A stretch of 64,000 nucleotides of DNA from Trueperaceae bacterium. GTDB taxonomy: Bacteria > Deinococcota > Deinococci > Deinococcales > Trueperaceae. The stretch covers positions 1,312,001-1,376,000 of the forward strand of contig CBDCDZ010000004.1 in NCBI GenBank assembly GCA_965215565.1, in the 5' to 3' direction. This document shows, one piece after another, positions 46,728 to 56,499 of this stretch (its first letter is position 1; every line of letters begins with the position of its first letter). The position numbers and the translations under genes are program-made. Under the pieces are notes generated by a model, which was not told where the DNA came from, did no database searches, and saw nothing but the letters and a program-made list of their open reading frames with translations.

Positions 46728-47224
46728 AGTTCTCCTTATGATTAGACAGCATAGGCACAACGTCAAAAGTTCTTCCGACAGCGCGAGGGCAACTCCAAGA
46801 ACTGTCAGTGACGTATGTATCGTAGGCGAGAGGCTCTTCTCAAGAGGTCAAATTTTTCATCTTTACTCGGTGTTCAGAAAGTTCGCGGGTATAGCGCTCG
46901 GGGACCTGCTCACTTCTCTAGCCAACCTCTCAAAACAGCGTGCAGAAGGGCGTGAAGCGCGTTTTGCGGTCTACGGAACAGGACTAAAACACCGTAGTTT
47001 TTCACGAGCGAGCTATGACTTTTTGCGAAAAAGAGAGAAAAGTCATAGGGGTGCGGAGCGGCTCAACAGGGTTGGCATTTGGGTCTCAAGATTTGAGAAA
47101 CACTCGGGCTAGCTTCACCGTTCCTTCAGGCGCGTTCATGAAAGGGGGTCTCGCAAACTCGAGATGGTATACTCGCTCACAGGTATTAAATACCTCACAT
47201 CGCTCAATACACCCAGGAGGATTC

Positions 47225-48304
47225 ATGCGCAAACTCATCTTCGCTTCTCTTCTTCTCGCTCTGCCGCTAGCCGCCGCACAGGACTACGTCTTCGGTATCA
47301 CCTTCGACGCGGGCGGCAAGTTCGACGGCTCCTTCAACGAGGGCACCTGGAACGGTCTTTCTGGAGCCGTCGCCGACTTGCAAAACGAGGGTCTTCTCAT
47401 CGACATCTTGGAGTTTGAAGGCACCCCCGACACCGCCGCGCAAGGTCAGCGCCAGATCGCCAGCCAGGGCGCGGAACTCATCCTCGCGCCGGGCTTTTTA
47501 CAAGCTGACGCCATCGCCGCAACTTCGCAAGAGTTTCCCGAGACGAACTTCGTCTTGATCGACGCTGTAGCGGAGAACCCCAACGTGCGAAGCGTGCTCT
47601 TCAAGGAGCATGAGGGCAGCTACTTGGTAGGCTACATCGCGGGCTCCTTGACCCAGACGGGCACGGTGGGCTTCGTCGGCGGGATGGACATTCCGCTCAT
47701 TCGCGCGTTTGACTTGGGCTACGAAGAGGGCGTCAAGGCAGCGTGCCCCGAATGCGAAGTGATTTCGAACTACGTGGGCGTCACACCAGCCGCCTGGAAC
47801 GACCCCGCCCGCGCCAAAGAACTCGCCACCACCCAGCAGGCGCAGGGCGCGGACATCATCTACGCGGCGGCGGGCGCGTCGGGCAACGGCGTCATCGACT
47901 TCGTGAACCAGACCATGTGCTTCGAAGGCGGAGACCGCGAGTCGCCGCTCGCGGCGCAGATCGAGAGCGTTGACGTGAGCGACGCCTACGCCAGCAACTG
48001 CGAGGGGCAAAACCCGCTCTTTTTCATCGGCGTGGACTCGAACCAAAACCCGCGCGGCGACACGGATGGCAATCCCGCCACCTTGAACCACGGCTTGACC
48101 AGTATGCTCAAGCGCGTGGACACGGCTGCCTATAACGCCGCGATGGACGTCGCCAACGGCGAGTTCGAAGGCGGTATGCAGACCTTGGGCTTAGCCGAGG
48201 ACGGCGTGGGTTACGCGGTGGACGAGTACAACAGCGCGCTCATCCCCGAGAGCTTAGTGACTGAGTTAGAGGCTGTCAGGCAGCAGATCATCGACGGCGA
48301 ATGA
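47225..48304 (+). CDS. BMP family (nucleoside-type) ABC substrate-binding protein
   Basis: GGKFDGSFN, FKEHEGSYLVG, GADIIYAAAG, IGVDSNQ, TSMLKRVD; AGGAGG RBS. Confidence 0.9.
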   Translation: MRKLIFASLLLALPLAAAQDYVFGITFDAGGKFDGSFNEGTWNGLSGAVADLQNEGLLIDILEFEGTPDTAAQGQRQIASQGAELILAPGFLQADAIAATSQEFPETNFVLIDAVAENPNVRSVLFKEHEGSYLVGYIAGSLTQTGTVGFVGGMDIPLIRAFDLGYEEGVKAACPECEVISNYVGVTPAAWNDPARAKELATTQQAQGADIIYAAAGASGNGVIDFVNQTMCFEGGDRESPLAAQIESVDVSDAYASNCEGQNPLFFIGVDSNQNPRGDTDGNPATLNHGLTSMLKRVDTAAYNAAMDVANGEFEGGMQTLGLAEDGVGYAVDEYNSALIPESLVTELEAVRQQIIDGE

Positions 48305-48412
48305 ACTTAGTATAATTGTAGTAACGGACTTCCGCGAGCAGTAAAGCTCGGCGTAAACACTAGCGAGCCTTCTCTTCTCCGAGCAATCGTGTTGGGGCTC
48401 TTTTTCATCCTT

Positions 48413-48616
48413 TAGCAGTTCCAAGACATACTGAGACGGATGAGCGCAGATCTCTGTCCGCAAGGACTAGCGTTACGGGCAGGCCGCCCTGCCGTTGCGG
48501 GATTTCATCTCCGAATGTGCGTGCTAGTTACGCAGTTTTCCGCAGGAAACACCGCTTTCATAGTGAGAGTGTTGCTTCGCATCGCTCCGCGCACTCAAAC
48601 CAGATGATACCTGCTA
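48413..48616. mobile_element. TAGCA...TGCTA element carrying three nested small cassettes
   Basis: Same ends as 6783-6893; extra segments at 48473-48499 (27 nt), 48528-48548 (21 nt) and 48573-48593 (21 nt). Confidence 0.85.
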
Positions 48617-48655
48617 CTTGTTGTTTCATGCTCCTTACTTCGTCCCAGCCCCACA

Positions 48656-48664
48656 TGCTACAAT
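48656..48664 (+). promoter_or_regulatory. Extended -10 promoter of rnpB
   Basis: TGCTACAAT 7 nt upstream of the P1 start. Confidence 0.65.
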
Positions 48665-48671
48665 CACCTCT

Positions 48672-49152
48672 TGCGGTGAGAGGAACCTGGTCGCGGCTTA
48701 GCTGGGCAACTGGCTTGGCTGAGGAAAGTCCGGGCTCCGCAGGGCAGGGTGCCAGGTAACGCCTGGGCGTGTAAGGCGACGGCAAGTGCAGCAGAAAGCA
48801 AGCTGCCAGGGCGGTATCATCGTCGCTCGGACGCGCTAAGTTGTTAAAGCGACTACTGAGCGCGTTGATAGTGGTGGGATGATACCCCCTGGTAACGTTG
48901 AAACGGTGCGGTAAGAGCGCACCAGTGCCTTTGGTAACAAGGGCAGCTAGGTAAACCCCACCCGGTGCAAGGTCCGATAGGGAGAAAGAGCTTGCCCGGC
49001 TCGTTAGTATCTCCGGGTTGACCGCTCGAGGCGCTTGGCGACAAGCGTCCCAGATAGATGACTAGGTAGCTCCCGGAGGTATCACTTGGAGCGTTGCTCC
49101 ATAGATGATACCTCTGGGGACGAACAGGACCCGGCTTACCACCTCTCCCGCA
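48672..49152 (+). ncRNA. rnpB: RNase P RNA, type A
   Basis: GAGGAAAGTCCGGGCT, AAGTGCAGCAGAAA, GGTAAACCCC, AGATAGATG, AACAGGACCCGGCTTA; 5' and 3' ends pair (tgcgg.gagagg / cctctcccgca). Confidence 0.97.
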
Positions 49153-49469
49153 TTATTTTTTGGCGAACGCAACCTCTGCGTCCGCCTTTCTTTTTGGAGC
49201 TGGTTGGACAAGCCCACGCATGTAGGATTTTTTACATTCGCCGTTTCTCCAAACTCGGCGCTAAGTGGGGGCGCTGTAGGAGGCGAAGTGGGTGGTGAGG
49301 GGGGAGTACGTGGGGAGACGCCAACCTCGAGCTGACTACACTCCGAGAAAGTGCGTGCTAGACTGTAAAAAGCTACCTTTCTAGGACTCGCCACCCCCTT
49401 CCCACTCGTGCTACCCGAAGCTCCCAAATGGAGCACAAGTGGGAGAAAAATCAGAAAACGACGGTGAGA

Positions 49470-49520
49470 GTGGGTCAAAGGTGGGGACTTGTGGGAATCT
49501 GTGGAAAAGTGTGATACACT
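49470..49520 (+). promoter_or_regulatory. MraZ-binding GTGG repeats overlapping the dcw promoter
   Basis: GTGG at 49470, 49481, 49491 and 49501 (10-11 nt period), then TGaTACACT at 49512-49520. Confidence 0.8.
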
Positions 49521-49610
49521 TCATCCCATAGGTTAAGTCCCTGCGTCACGCCCCTTTGCTGGTCAGACGCTGAACTTGGGCTTTTCACTTAGGTGGGAGC
49601 GTCGTGGAAG

Positions 49611-50039
49611 ATGCCGTTTGGCGAATTTCAATACTCGGTAGACGACAAAGGTCGGGTCATCGTCCCACCTTCCTTTCGCGACTTCGTTACCGACGGCATG
49701 ATCGTAACAAGAGGCATGGAAGGTTGTTTGTACGTCTTCCCGCTCACCAAATGGAACGCGATCGAGAGCGAGCTGAGCAACCTCTCCATCACCGACGCGA
49801 AATCTCGGGGCTTCGTGCGCTTTTTCTATTCGGGCGCGTCCAAAGCCAAAATCGACTCGGCGGGTCGCATCACGATTCCCGCCACGCTCCGCGCTTTCGC
49901 CTCCTTGGAGAACAACGTCCGCATCGCGGGCTTCCCGAACCGCTTAGAGATTTGGGACGAAGCGAAGTGGGAAGAGAACATCAGCGCCGTGCAGCACCAA
50001 CCCGACGCCCCGGAAGCGCTGCTGGAACTCGTCGGATGA
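49611..50039 (+). CDS. mraZ: Division/cell wall cluster transcriptional repressor
   Basis: VDDKGRV and IDSAGRI repeats; RLEIW. Confidence 0.96.
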   Translation: MPFGEFQYSVDDKGRVIVPPSFRDFVTDGMIVTRGMEGCLYVFPLTKWNAIESELSNLSITDAKSRGFVRFFYSGASKAKIDSAGRITIPATLRAFASLENNVRIAGFPNRLEIWDEAKWEENISAVQHQPDAPEALLELVG

Positions 50040-50989
50040 GTCGTCCCGAGCAGCCCCATATCCCTGTCATGTTACGCGAATGTTTAGAGGGTTTAGATAT
50101 TCGCCAGGGCCACGTCTATATCGACGGAACCTTCGGTGCGGGCGGGCACAGCCAGGCGATCTTAGACGCGGGCGGCTCGGTTTTGGGCATCGACCGCGAT
50201 GAGAAAGCCCTGGCCTTCGCAGACAAACTCGACATCCCCGAGGGACAAATTTTTACCTTCGCACAGGGAAACTTTCGCCACTTAGACGAACACGCAAAAG
50301 AGGCCGACCTCTTTCCGGCTGCCGGTATCCTGCTTGACTTAGGCGTGTCGTCCATGCAACTCGATGAGGCGGAGCGCGGCTTCGCCTTTCGGCAGGCTGG
50401 ACCGCTCGACATGAGGATGGACGCTGGAGACAACAGCGAGAGCGAGTCGGCAGCGGACGTGGTCAACACCTACACGCAAGACGAGTTAGCCGCCATCATC
50501 TTCAAATACGGCGAGGAGCGTCACAGCCGCCGCATCGCCAGGCGCATCGTCGAGGAGCGGGCGACCTCTCCGATTGAGACGACGGAGGCGTTAGCTGACG
50601 TTATTCAGCGCGCGTACCCCGGCGGTTACAGACGCGACCATCCGGCGCGGCGCACCTTTCAAGCGCTACGCATCTTTGTCAACGACGAACTCGGCGCGTT
50701 GGAGGACGCCCTTCAAGCCGCCGAGCGGACGCTTCGCGTAGGTGGGCGGCTGGTGGTGCTCTCCTATCATTCTTTAGAAGACCGCATCGTCAAGCACTTC
50801 GGCAGGGGGAGCGGCGTGCTTACACCGCTGACCAAGCGTCCATTGACGGCGAGCGACGAGGAGATAGAGGTTAATCCCCGGGCTCGCAGCGCCAAGCTCC
50901 GCGTCGCTGTTCGCAACCAAGATTCGACTGAAGACTCAAACGACTCAATTGATAAAATCCTCTCCCCTGCCCCTTCGGAGGCGTTATGA
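50036..50989 (+). CDS. rsmH: 16S rRNA m4C1402 methyltransferase
   Basis: HIPVM, DGTFGAGGH, DLGVSSMQLD, FQALRI, NPRARSAKLR. Confidence 0.97.
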   Translation: MSRPEQPHIPVMLRECLEGLDIRQGHVYIDGTFGAGGHSQAILDAGGSVLGIDRDEKALAFADKLDIPEGQIFTFAQGNFRHLDEHAKEADLFPAAGILLDLGVSSMQLDEAERGFAFRQAGPLDMRMDAGDNSESESAADVVNTYTQDELAAIIFKYGEERHSRRIARRIVEERATSPIETTEALADVIQRAYPGGYRRDHPARRTFQALRIFVNDELGALEDALQAAERTLRVGGRLVVLSYHSLEDRIVKHFGRGSGVLTPLTKRPLTASDEEIEVNPRARSAKLRVAVRNQDSTEDSNDSIDKILSPAPSEAL

Positions 50990-51306
50990 CCAGACGGAGC
51001 CAAAGCCTACTCACGCTCTACCTCGCGCTCATCCTCGCGCTCGCCGCGTTAGGCGCGCGCAACCAGGGCCGCCACCGCTACCACTTCTCCCTCTTGGAGA
51101 CCAAACGCGCGCTCCAGTACGAGTTGAGCGATTTGCGCAGCGAAGCCGCGCAGGTCAAAGGTCCTCTCGCGGTGCGCCGCTGGGCGCTCTCGCACGGCAT
51201 GATTTCGTCCCCCGAGGGAACGGAAGCCACCGAGATCGCGCCCACCTCCGGCCCTGAACCCGAAACTCCCGAAGTAGGCCTGGAGGTCCGTACGATATGG
51301 CGGTAA
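50986..51306 (+). CDS. FtsL-like cell division protein
   Basis: Single TM helix plus coiled coil, located between rsmH and the PBP gene. Confidence 0.65.
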   Translation: MTRRSQSLLTLYLALILALAALGARNQGRHRYHFSLLETKRALQYELSDLRSEAAQVKGPLAVRRWALSHGMISSPEGTEATEIAPTSGPEPETPEVGLEVRTIWR

Positions 51307-52802
51307 GAGATACGAGGGCGCGGCTCTCAGCGAAGAGCAAGTCAGTGAAGCGCGGGCCTAAAAACACACACAAGAAAAAAGTCGCCGCTTACAAGACGCC
51401 TGAGAGTGAACCTGCGCCGCAGCTCCGCCTCCACAAGCGGGCGCTCTTTCTCGTCCTCCTCGCGCTGCCCCTCCTAGCGGCGCTCGGCGGCTTCGTCCGC
51501 TTGCAAGCCAAAGCGCCTGACCTGCCCGCCGCGCTCACTGAGGAGCCGAGGCGCGGGCTCATCCAAACGAGAGACGGTACTATCCTCGCCGAAGGTGCTG
51601 TCGAGCACCGCCGCTACCCGGAGGGGCGGCTCGCCGCGCATGTGGTTGGTTTTAGCGGCGCGGTGCAGCCCGACGGGAGGTTCGGTCTAGAGGGGCTCGA
51701 GTACGCCCTAGATAGGCGCTTGCAAGAGGGCGAAGACGTGACGCTGACCCTAGACCCGAGCCTCCAAGCCATCGCCCAAGCCGAGCTGCGCAAAGCTGCG
51801 CAGACCTTTGAGGCGGAGAACGGCGCGGTGGTGATGCTCGAGGCGAACACGGGGCGCGTCTTAGCTGCCGCCTCCTACCCCGAATTCGACCCCAAGAGAC
51901 AAGGACAGGTTGAAGAGCGCAGCATCATCAGCAACCGCGCATTTTTGCAGCAAGTCGAGCCCGGCTCCACTATGAAGCCTTTTGTGGTGGCTGCGCTCAT
52001 GGAAGCGGGGCGGCTCTCGCCAGACGAAACGCTGGAGGTCGGGCCTTACATGCGCGTCGGCACCCAGGACTTCCGCGACGTATCTTCGCACGACCCGGTC
52101 TTGAGCATCCCCGACATCTTACGAGTCTCAAGTAACGTCGGCATGATCAAGCTGGGCGAGCGCTTCTCGTCCGAAGAACTGTCCTCCTGGATGTATCATT
52201 TCGGCTTTGGGCGCGACGTCGGCTTGAACGCCGCATATACCCGCGACGGACGTATCAATCCCTGGCAGAACTGGGTGCCCCAAGACCACGCCTCCGCGAC
52301 CATCGGGCAGAGCGTCTCGACGACGGCGCTCCAACTCGCCGCCGCCTACAGCATCTTCGCGAACGACGGGGTTTACGTGCCGCCGCAACTTCTAGAAGAT
52401 GAGGTCACCTTCGAAGAGGTCAGAGGCGAACCCGTCCGCACAGGCGCGGTGCGGGTGCTCTCCTCGAGTACAGCGCAAAGTGTCAAGGACATGCTCGTCT
52501 ACACGGTGGAGAATAGCGGGCTCAGCGTCGCCAAGATTCCCGGCGTCAAAGTTGCGGGCAAGTCGGGGACGGCGGACGTCTTTGACAACGAAAAGGGCGA
52601 ATATATCAAAGCGGGCACGCTCCTCTTTGCAGGGATGTTTCCGGCGGACGCTCCCCGCGTCACGGCGGTGGTGTACCTGCAAAAACCCAAGGAAGAAAGC
52701 TTGAGCACCTACGTCGCCGCGCCCGTCTTTCGGGCGATCGGCAGCGAGACCGTCGCCCTCTGGGGGCTCCCGCCCAAACCCGGTCAGGTCGCGGGGCAAT
52801 AG
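51297..52802 (+). CDS. ftsI: Class B penicillin-binding protein
   Basis: EPGSTMK (SxxK), SSN, KSGT motifs. Confidence 0.9.
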   Translation: MAVRDTRARLSAKSKSVKRGPKNTHKKKVAAYKTPESEPAPQLRLHKRALFLVLLALPLLAALGGFVRLQAKAPDLPAALTEEPRRGLIQTRDGTILAEGAVEHRRYPEGRLAAHVVGFSGAVQPDGRFGLEGLEYALDRRLQEGEDVTLTLDPSLQAIAQAELRKAAQTFEAENGAVVMLEANTGRVLAAASYPEFDPKRQGQVEERSIISNRAFLQQVEPGSTMKPFVVAALMEAGRLSPDETLEVGPYMRVGTQDFRDVSSHDPVLSIPDILRVSSNVGMIKLGERFSSEELSSWMYHFGFGRDVGLNAAYTRDGRINPWQNWVPQDHASATIGQSVSTTALQLAAAYSIFANDGVYVPPQLLEDEVTFEEVRGEPVRTGAVRVLSSSTAQSVKDMLVYTVENSGLSVAKIPGVKVAGKSGTADVFDNEKGEYIKAGTLLFAGMFPADAPRVTAVVYLQKPKEESLSTYVAAPVFRAIGSETVALWGLPPKPGQVAGQ

Positions 52803-52871
52803 AGGTATAGTGTCCTCTATGAGCCAGATGGTGACGCAGCATACGAAAGACGAGCGGGGGAACGCTGCGCT

Positions 52872-54200
52872 GTGACGCCATTGTCACCTCAATTTGTCGC
52901 TGCTACGGCGGGCGTGTCGCTCGAGTCTAGGTCCCTACAAGACGCGAGCGGCGTGAGCTTTCACTCGGCGCGTGTTCATCCCGGCGACGCCTTTTTCGCG
53001 CTCCCCGGAGCGGCGGGACACGGACTCGCGTACGCGGACCAAGCGTTAGCTGCAGGCGCAGCTTTCATCGTTTCGGACAGGCCGCATCCGCGCGGGCTTC
53101 GGGTTGAGAACCCAGCGCAAGTTCTTCTCGACTTGGGCAAACATGCGAGAGGCCAACTCAGAGGTCCTGTCGTTGGCGTGACCGGTTCAGCAGGTAAAAC
53201 GAGCACCAAAGCGATGCTCGCAGCGGCGCTGGGCGCGGCGGCGAGTCCGGGCAACTTCAACACGCCGCTCGCGCTGGCGCAGGTCCTCATAGGCGCTTGG
53301 TTGCAGAGAAAAACGTCGGAAAACGAGAGGTTGGTCCTCGAGCTAGGCATCGACTTCGTCGGCGAGATGGACCAGCTCGTCGCGTTGGCTAAACCCACCC
53401 ACGCCGTTCTCACCCTGATTGCGGAGAGCCACCTGAGCGCCCTGGGCAACGTCGAGACCGTCGCGAGAGAAAAGCTCAAGCTCGTGGACGCGGCCGAACA
53501 CGCCTTCGTCAGCGAGCAAGCTGCACCCTTTACGAACGAGGATCAGCGTGAGAAAAGCACCGTCTACGGGCTCGGCGCAGAGGCAGACTTTTCAGGTGTT
53601 GTGACCGATGTATCGCCAATAGGTCAACGGCTGCAAGTCGGCGGCGTCACGTTTACGCTTCCCTACTTGGGCGACGCGATGGCGCGAAACGCGGTGGCAG
53701 CGGTGGGCGTGGCGCGGCATTTCGGGCTCGGTTTGGACGAAGTCGCTAAGAGGTTGAGCGAGGTGAGGCTCGAGCCCGGACGCTTAGAGGTCAAACGGAC
53801 CGGCAACCTCACCCTTATCGATGACTCGTATAACAGCAACCCCGCGTCGGCGGCGGTGGCTCTGGGCGTTCTGCGCCAATTCCCGAAACCTCACACCGCT
53901 GTTTTGGGCGACATGTTAGAACTCGGCGTGGTGTCAGAAGTGCGTCACCGTGACCTAGGTAAGCAGACGTTGGATTTGGACTACCTCTTTGCCGTGGGCG
54001 ACGAAGCGCGGTTCGTTGCGGCAGAAAATCCGCGCGCAGTTCACCTCGCTTCGGAGGACCTCTTAGACGTTATAGATGCGCTCCCCACTCACGGAACGGT
54101 GCTCGTCAAGGGCTCGAGGGGAACGCGGCTCGAGCGGCTCGTCCAGGCGCTACTCGAAGCGAACGCTAAAATCTCCCAACAAGAGGTGAGCGCGCCGTGA
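52872..54200 (+). CDS. murF: UDP-MurNAc-tripeptide D-Ala-D-Ala ligase
   Basis: GVTGSAGKTSTK, NFNT, DDSYNSNP, LGDMLELG, VKGSRG. Confidence 0.95.
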   Translation: MTPLSPQFVAATAGVSLESRSLQDASGVSFHSARVHPGDAFFALPGAAGHGLAYADQALAAGAAFIVSDRPHPRGLRVENPAQVLLDLGKHARGQLRGPVVGVTGSAGKTSTKAMLAAALGAAASPGNFNTPLALAQVLIGAWLQRKTSENERLVLELGIDFVGEMDQLVALAKPTHAVLTLIAESHLSALGNVETVAREKLKLVDAAEHAFVSEQAAPFTNEDQREKSTVYGLGAEADFSGVVTDVSPIGQRLQVGGVTFTLPYLGDAMARNAVAAVGVARHFGLGLDEVAKRLSEVRLEPGRLEVKRTGNLTLIDDSYNSNPASAAVALGVLRQFPKPHTAVLGDMLELGVVSEVRHRDLGKQTLDLDYLFAVGDEARFVAAENPRAVHLASEDLLDVIDALPTHGTVLVKGSRGTRLERLVQALLEANAKISQQEVSAP

Positions 54201-55120
54201 TCGTTCTCTGGTCCGCCCTCTCATCGCTCTTGCTCGTGGGCGTCTTTATTCAGCTTGCGGGGCGCTACGGCTGGGGCAAAGGGATACGGCGCGACGGACC
54301 CCCAAGCCACCTCAAAAAGGAGGGCACGCCGACGATGGGCGGCGCAGCCTTTCTGCTCGCCGCGCTCTTCACGTGGCTCCTCGCCGGTGAGCCGAGCTTC
54401 GACGGGCTCGCCGTCGTCATGCTGACCTTCGCCGCCGCCCTCTTGGGGCTCTACGATGACCTCTTGGCGCTCCGCCGCAAACGCCGCGCCCTCATCCATG
54501 AACAGGGTGGTGAGGACGACACAACGGGGCTCTTGGCGCGTTACCGCTTGCTCGTCCAGGGCGCGCTCGCCTTCGCCTTTTCTCTCTACGCCGTGCGGGG
54601 CGGCTACACGCTCTTCGATATTCAAGTGTTTGACCTCTTGGCCTTCACCTTTATTATCATGGGCACCATCAACGCCGTGAACTTCAGCGACGGGCTGGAC
54701 GGGCTCGCGGGCGGCATGACGGCGCTTATCTTGCTGCCGTTTAGCGGGGTCAGCTTTATCGCGGCTTTGATCGGTTCACTTTTAGGGTTTCTCTGGTATA
54801 ACGGCTCGCCTGCGCGAGTTTTCATGGGCGGCGTCGGCTCGGAGGGGCTCGGCGCGGCGGTGGCGGGCGTCGCCATCTTGTCCGGTTGGGTGTGGTGGCT
54901 GCCGCTCATCGCCCTCATCCCTGTGCTAGAGGTCTTATCCGTTATCATCCAAGTGACGTACTTTCGGGCGACGGGCGGCAAGAGGTTTTTCAAGATGAGC
55001 CCGCTGCACCATCACTTCGAACTCTCCGGGTGGTCGGAGACGCAAGTGGTCACGCGCTTTTGGCTCGTGACGGCGGTGTGCGTGGCGGTGGCGTGGAGCG
55101 CGCAAAGAGGTCTTTCATGA
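54197..55120 (+). CDS. mraY: Phospho-MurNAc-pentapeptide transferase
   Basis: KEGTPTMGG, YDD, NFSDGLDG, PLHHHFE. Confidence 0.97.
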   Translation: MIVLWSALSSLLLVGVFIQLAGRYGWGKGIRRDGPPSHLKKEGTPTMGGAAFLLAALFTWLLAGEPSFDGLAVVMLTFAAALLGLYDDLLALRRKRRALIHEQGGEDDTTGLLARYRLLVQGALAFAFSLYAVRGGYTLFDIQVFDLLAFTFIIMGTINAVNFSDGLDGLAGGMTALILLPFSGVSFIAALIGSLLGFLWYNGSPARVFMGGVGSEGLGAAVAGVAILSGWVWWLPLIALIPVLEVLSVIIQVTYFRATGGKRFFKMSPLHHHFELSGWSETQVVTRFWLVTAVCVAVAWSAQRGLS

Positions 55121-56499
55121 GAGCGCTTGTGTACGGTTTAGGGCGCAGCGGCGTCGCTGTAGGTAAGCTCTTGCGCTCGCAAGGTCATGAGGTCGTCTAC
55201 TTCGATGAAAACGTTGAGGCCTCGCCCGAATTGGACGCGCTCGGCTGCGAACGGGCGAACACACCTCTTGAGCACGCGAACATAGATGTCTGTATCGCGG
55301 CTCCGGGCGTCCCCTATGACCATCCCGACTTAGAGGCGTTGAGGGACCGCGGCGTTGACACCATCGGCGAAGTCGAGTGGGTGTATAGAACGGTAGACGC
55401 AGAAATCATCGGCATCACGGGTACGGCGGGTAAAGGCACCGTCACGCGCTGGACGAGCGACGTGCTGCGCTCAGCGGGGCTGGACGCGCCCGCCGGGGGC
55501 AACATCGACCCGGCGCTCGCAGAGGTAGCGGGGGCAGGCAAGACGCTCGTCGTGGAGATGTCGTCGTTTATGCTCGAGCGCACGCCCACCCTTAAACCTC
55601 TTATCGCTGCCGCCCTCAATCTAGATATAGACCACTTAGACCGCCACGGCAGCGTGGCAGCCTATCACGCAGCTAAGCGCAATCTTATTCGTAACGTGGA
55701 CGAAAGCTGTACCTTTATCTACAACGCCGACGACGCAACCTTGCGCGACTGGGCAACCGAGGCGCAGCAGAAGAACGCTGAGGTTCGCTTCTTTAGCACA
55801 ACCCAACCTGCGAACGCTTATCTGAACGACGATTCTATCTTTTTAGACGGAGACCCGCTTATGCCGCTCAGTGATTTACAGATTCAAGGCGCGCACCATC
55901 GCGCCAACGCGCTCGCCGTGACCCTCATCTGCCAGGCGAAGGGCTTGTCACGAGAGGAGATTCGAAGGGGTTTAGCCGAGTTCACGGGCGTCCCCGGACC
56001 CTACAGCTTGGTTAAGACCATAGGTAAGGTTCGCTTCATCGAGGATTCGATTGCGACACGCTCGCTCTCGGTTCGGGCTGCGCTGGAAGCCACACCTGCG
56101 CCTATCGTGTGGCTCGCAGGTGGACAGGATAAGGGCGCGGACTTCACCGCTTTAGAACCGCTTATCCGAGCTAAGGTGGCACTTTTTATCGGCATCGGCG
56201 TATCGGGTGAGCGGTTCGCTGAGGCTGTTTCGCCCTGGACGCAGACGGTTGTGGTTGAGGTTGAGGATGGTCAGGCAGCCATGCACCAAGCGGCGCAGCA
56301 AGCCGCAAAGTTTTTACAGGATTTCCCGCAAGGCGGTACGGTTTTACTCGCGCCTCTCGCCGCGTCGTTTGATCAATTTAAGGATTACAAGGAGAGGGCT
56401 CGAGCCTTTAGGGACGCGGTTCACGCTTTGGAAAACTCGTTGGAATTCCAAACCACGCCACAGGAAGAACGAGGGGAGGTCTCGTGGACCCGCTCTTAG
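55117..56499 (+). CDS. murD: UDP-MurNAc-L-Ala D-glutamate ligase
   Basis: GLGRSG, GITGTAGKG, EMSSF, DHLDRH, SFDQF. Confidence 0.95.
   Translation: MRALVYGLGRSGVAVGKLLRSQGHEVVYFDENVEASPELDALGCERANTPLEHANIDVCIAAPGVPYDHPDLEALRDRGVDTIGEVEWVYRTVDAEIIGITGTAGKGTVTRWTSDVLRSAGLDAPAGGNIDPALAEVAGAGKTLVVEMSSFMLERTPTLKPLIAAALNLDIDHLDRHGSVAAYHAAKRNLIRNVDESCTFIYNADDATLRDWATEAQQKNAEVRFFSTTQPANAYLNDDSIFLDGDPLMPLSDLQIQGAHHRANALAVTLICQAKGLSREEIRRGLAEFTGVPGPYSLVKTIGKVRFIEDSIATRSLSVRAALEATPAPIVWLAGGQDKGADFTALEPLIRAKVALFIGIGVSGERFAEAVSPWTQTVVVEVEDGQAAMHQAAQQAAKFLQDFPQGGTVLLAPLAASFDQFKDYKERARAFRDAVHALENSLEFQTTPQEERGEVSWTRS

Noticed and set aside
46730..47220. Riboswitch upstream of the BMP gene or rhodopsin, and ORF 46720..47112
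   Set aside because: I could not recognise any conserved aptamer core, and the ORF lacks coding features.
48517..49478. Small ORFs over rnpB and the mraZ leader
   Set aside because: They overlap the RNA gene, repeats and promoter, and have no coding signal.
52803..52871. Absence of murE and ddl from the dcw cluster as a novelty
   Set aside because: As I recall, the same arrangement occurs in Thermus-type dcw clusters, so the genes are likely elsewhere.
55990..56005. MurD GVPGPY instead of the usual Arg-containing motif
   Set aside because: A single-base difference in an otherwise intact essential gene; a variant cannot be distinguished from an error.
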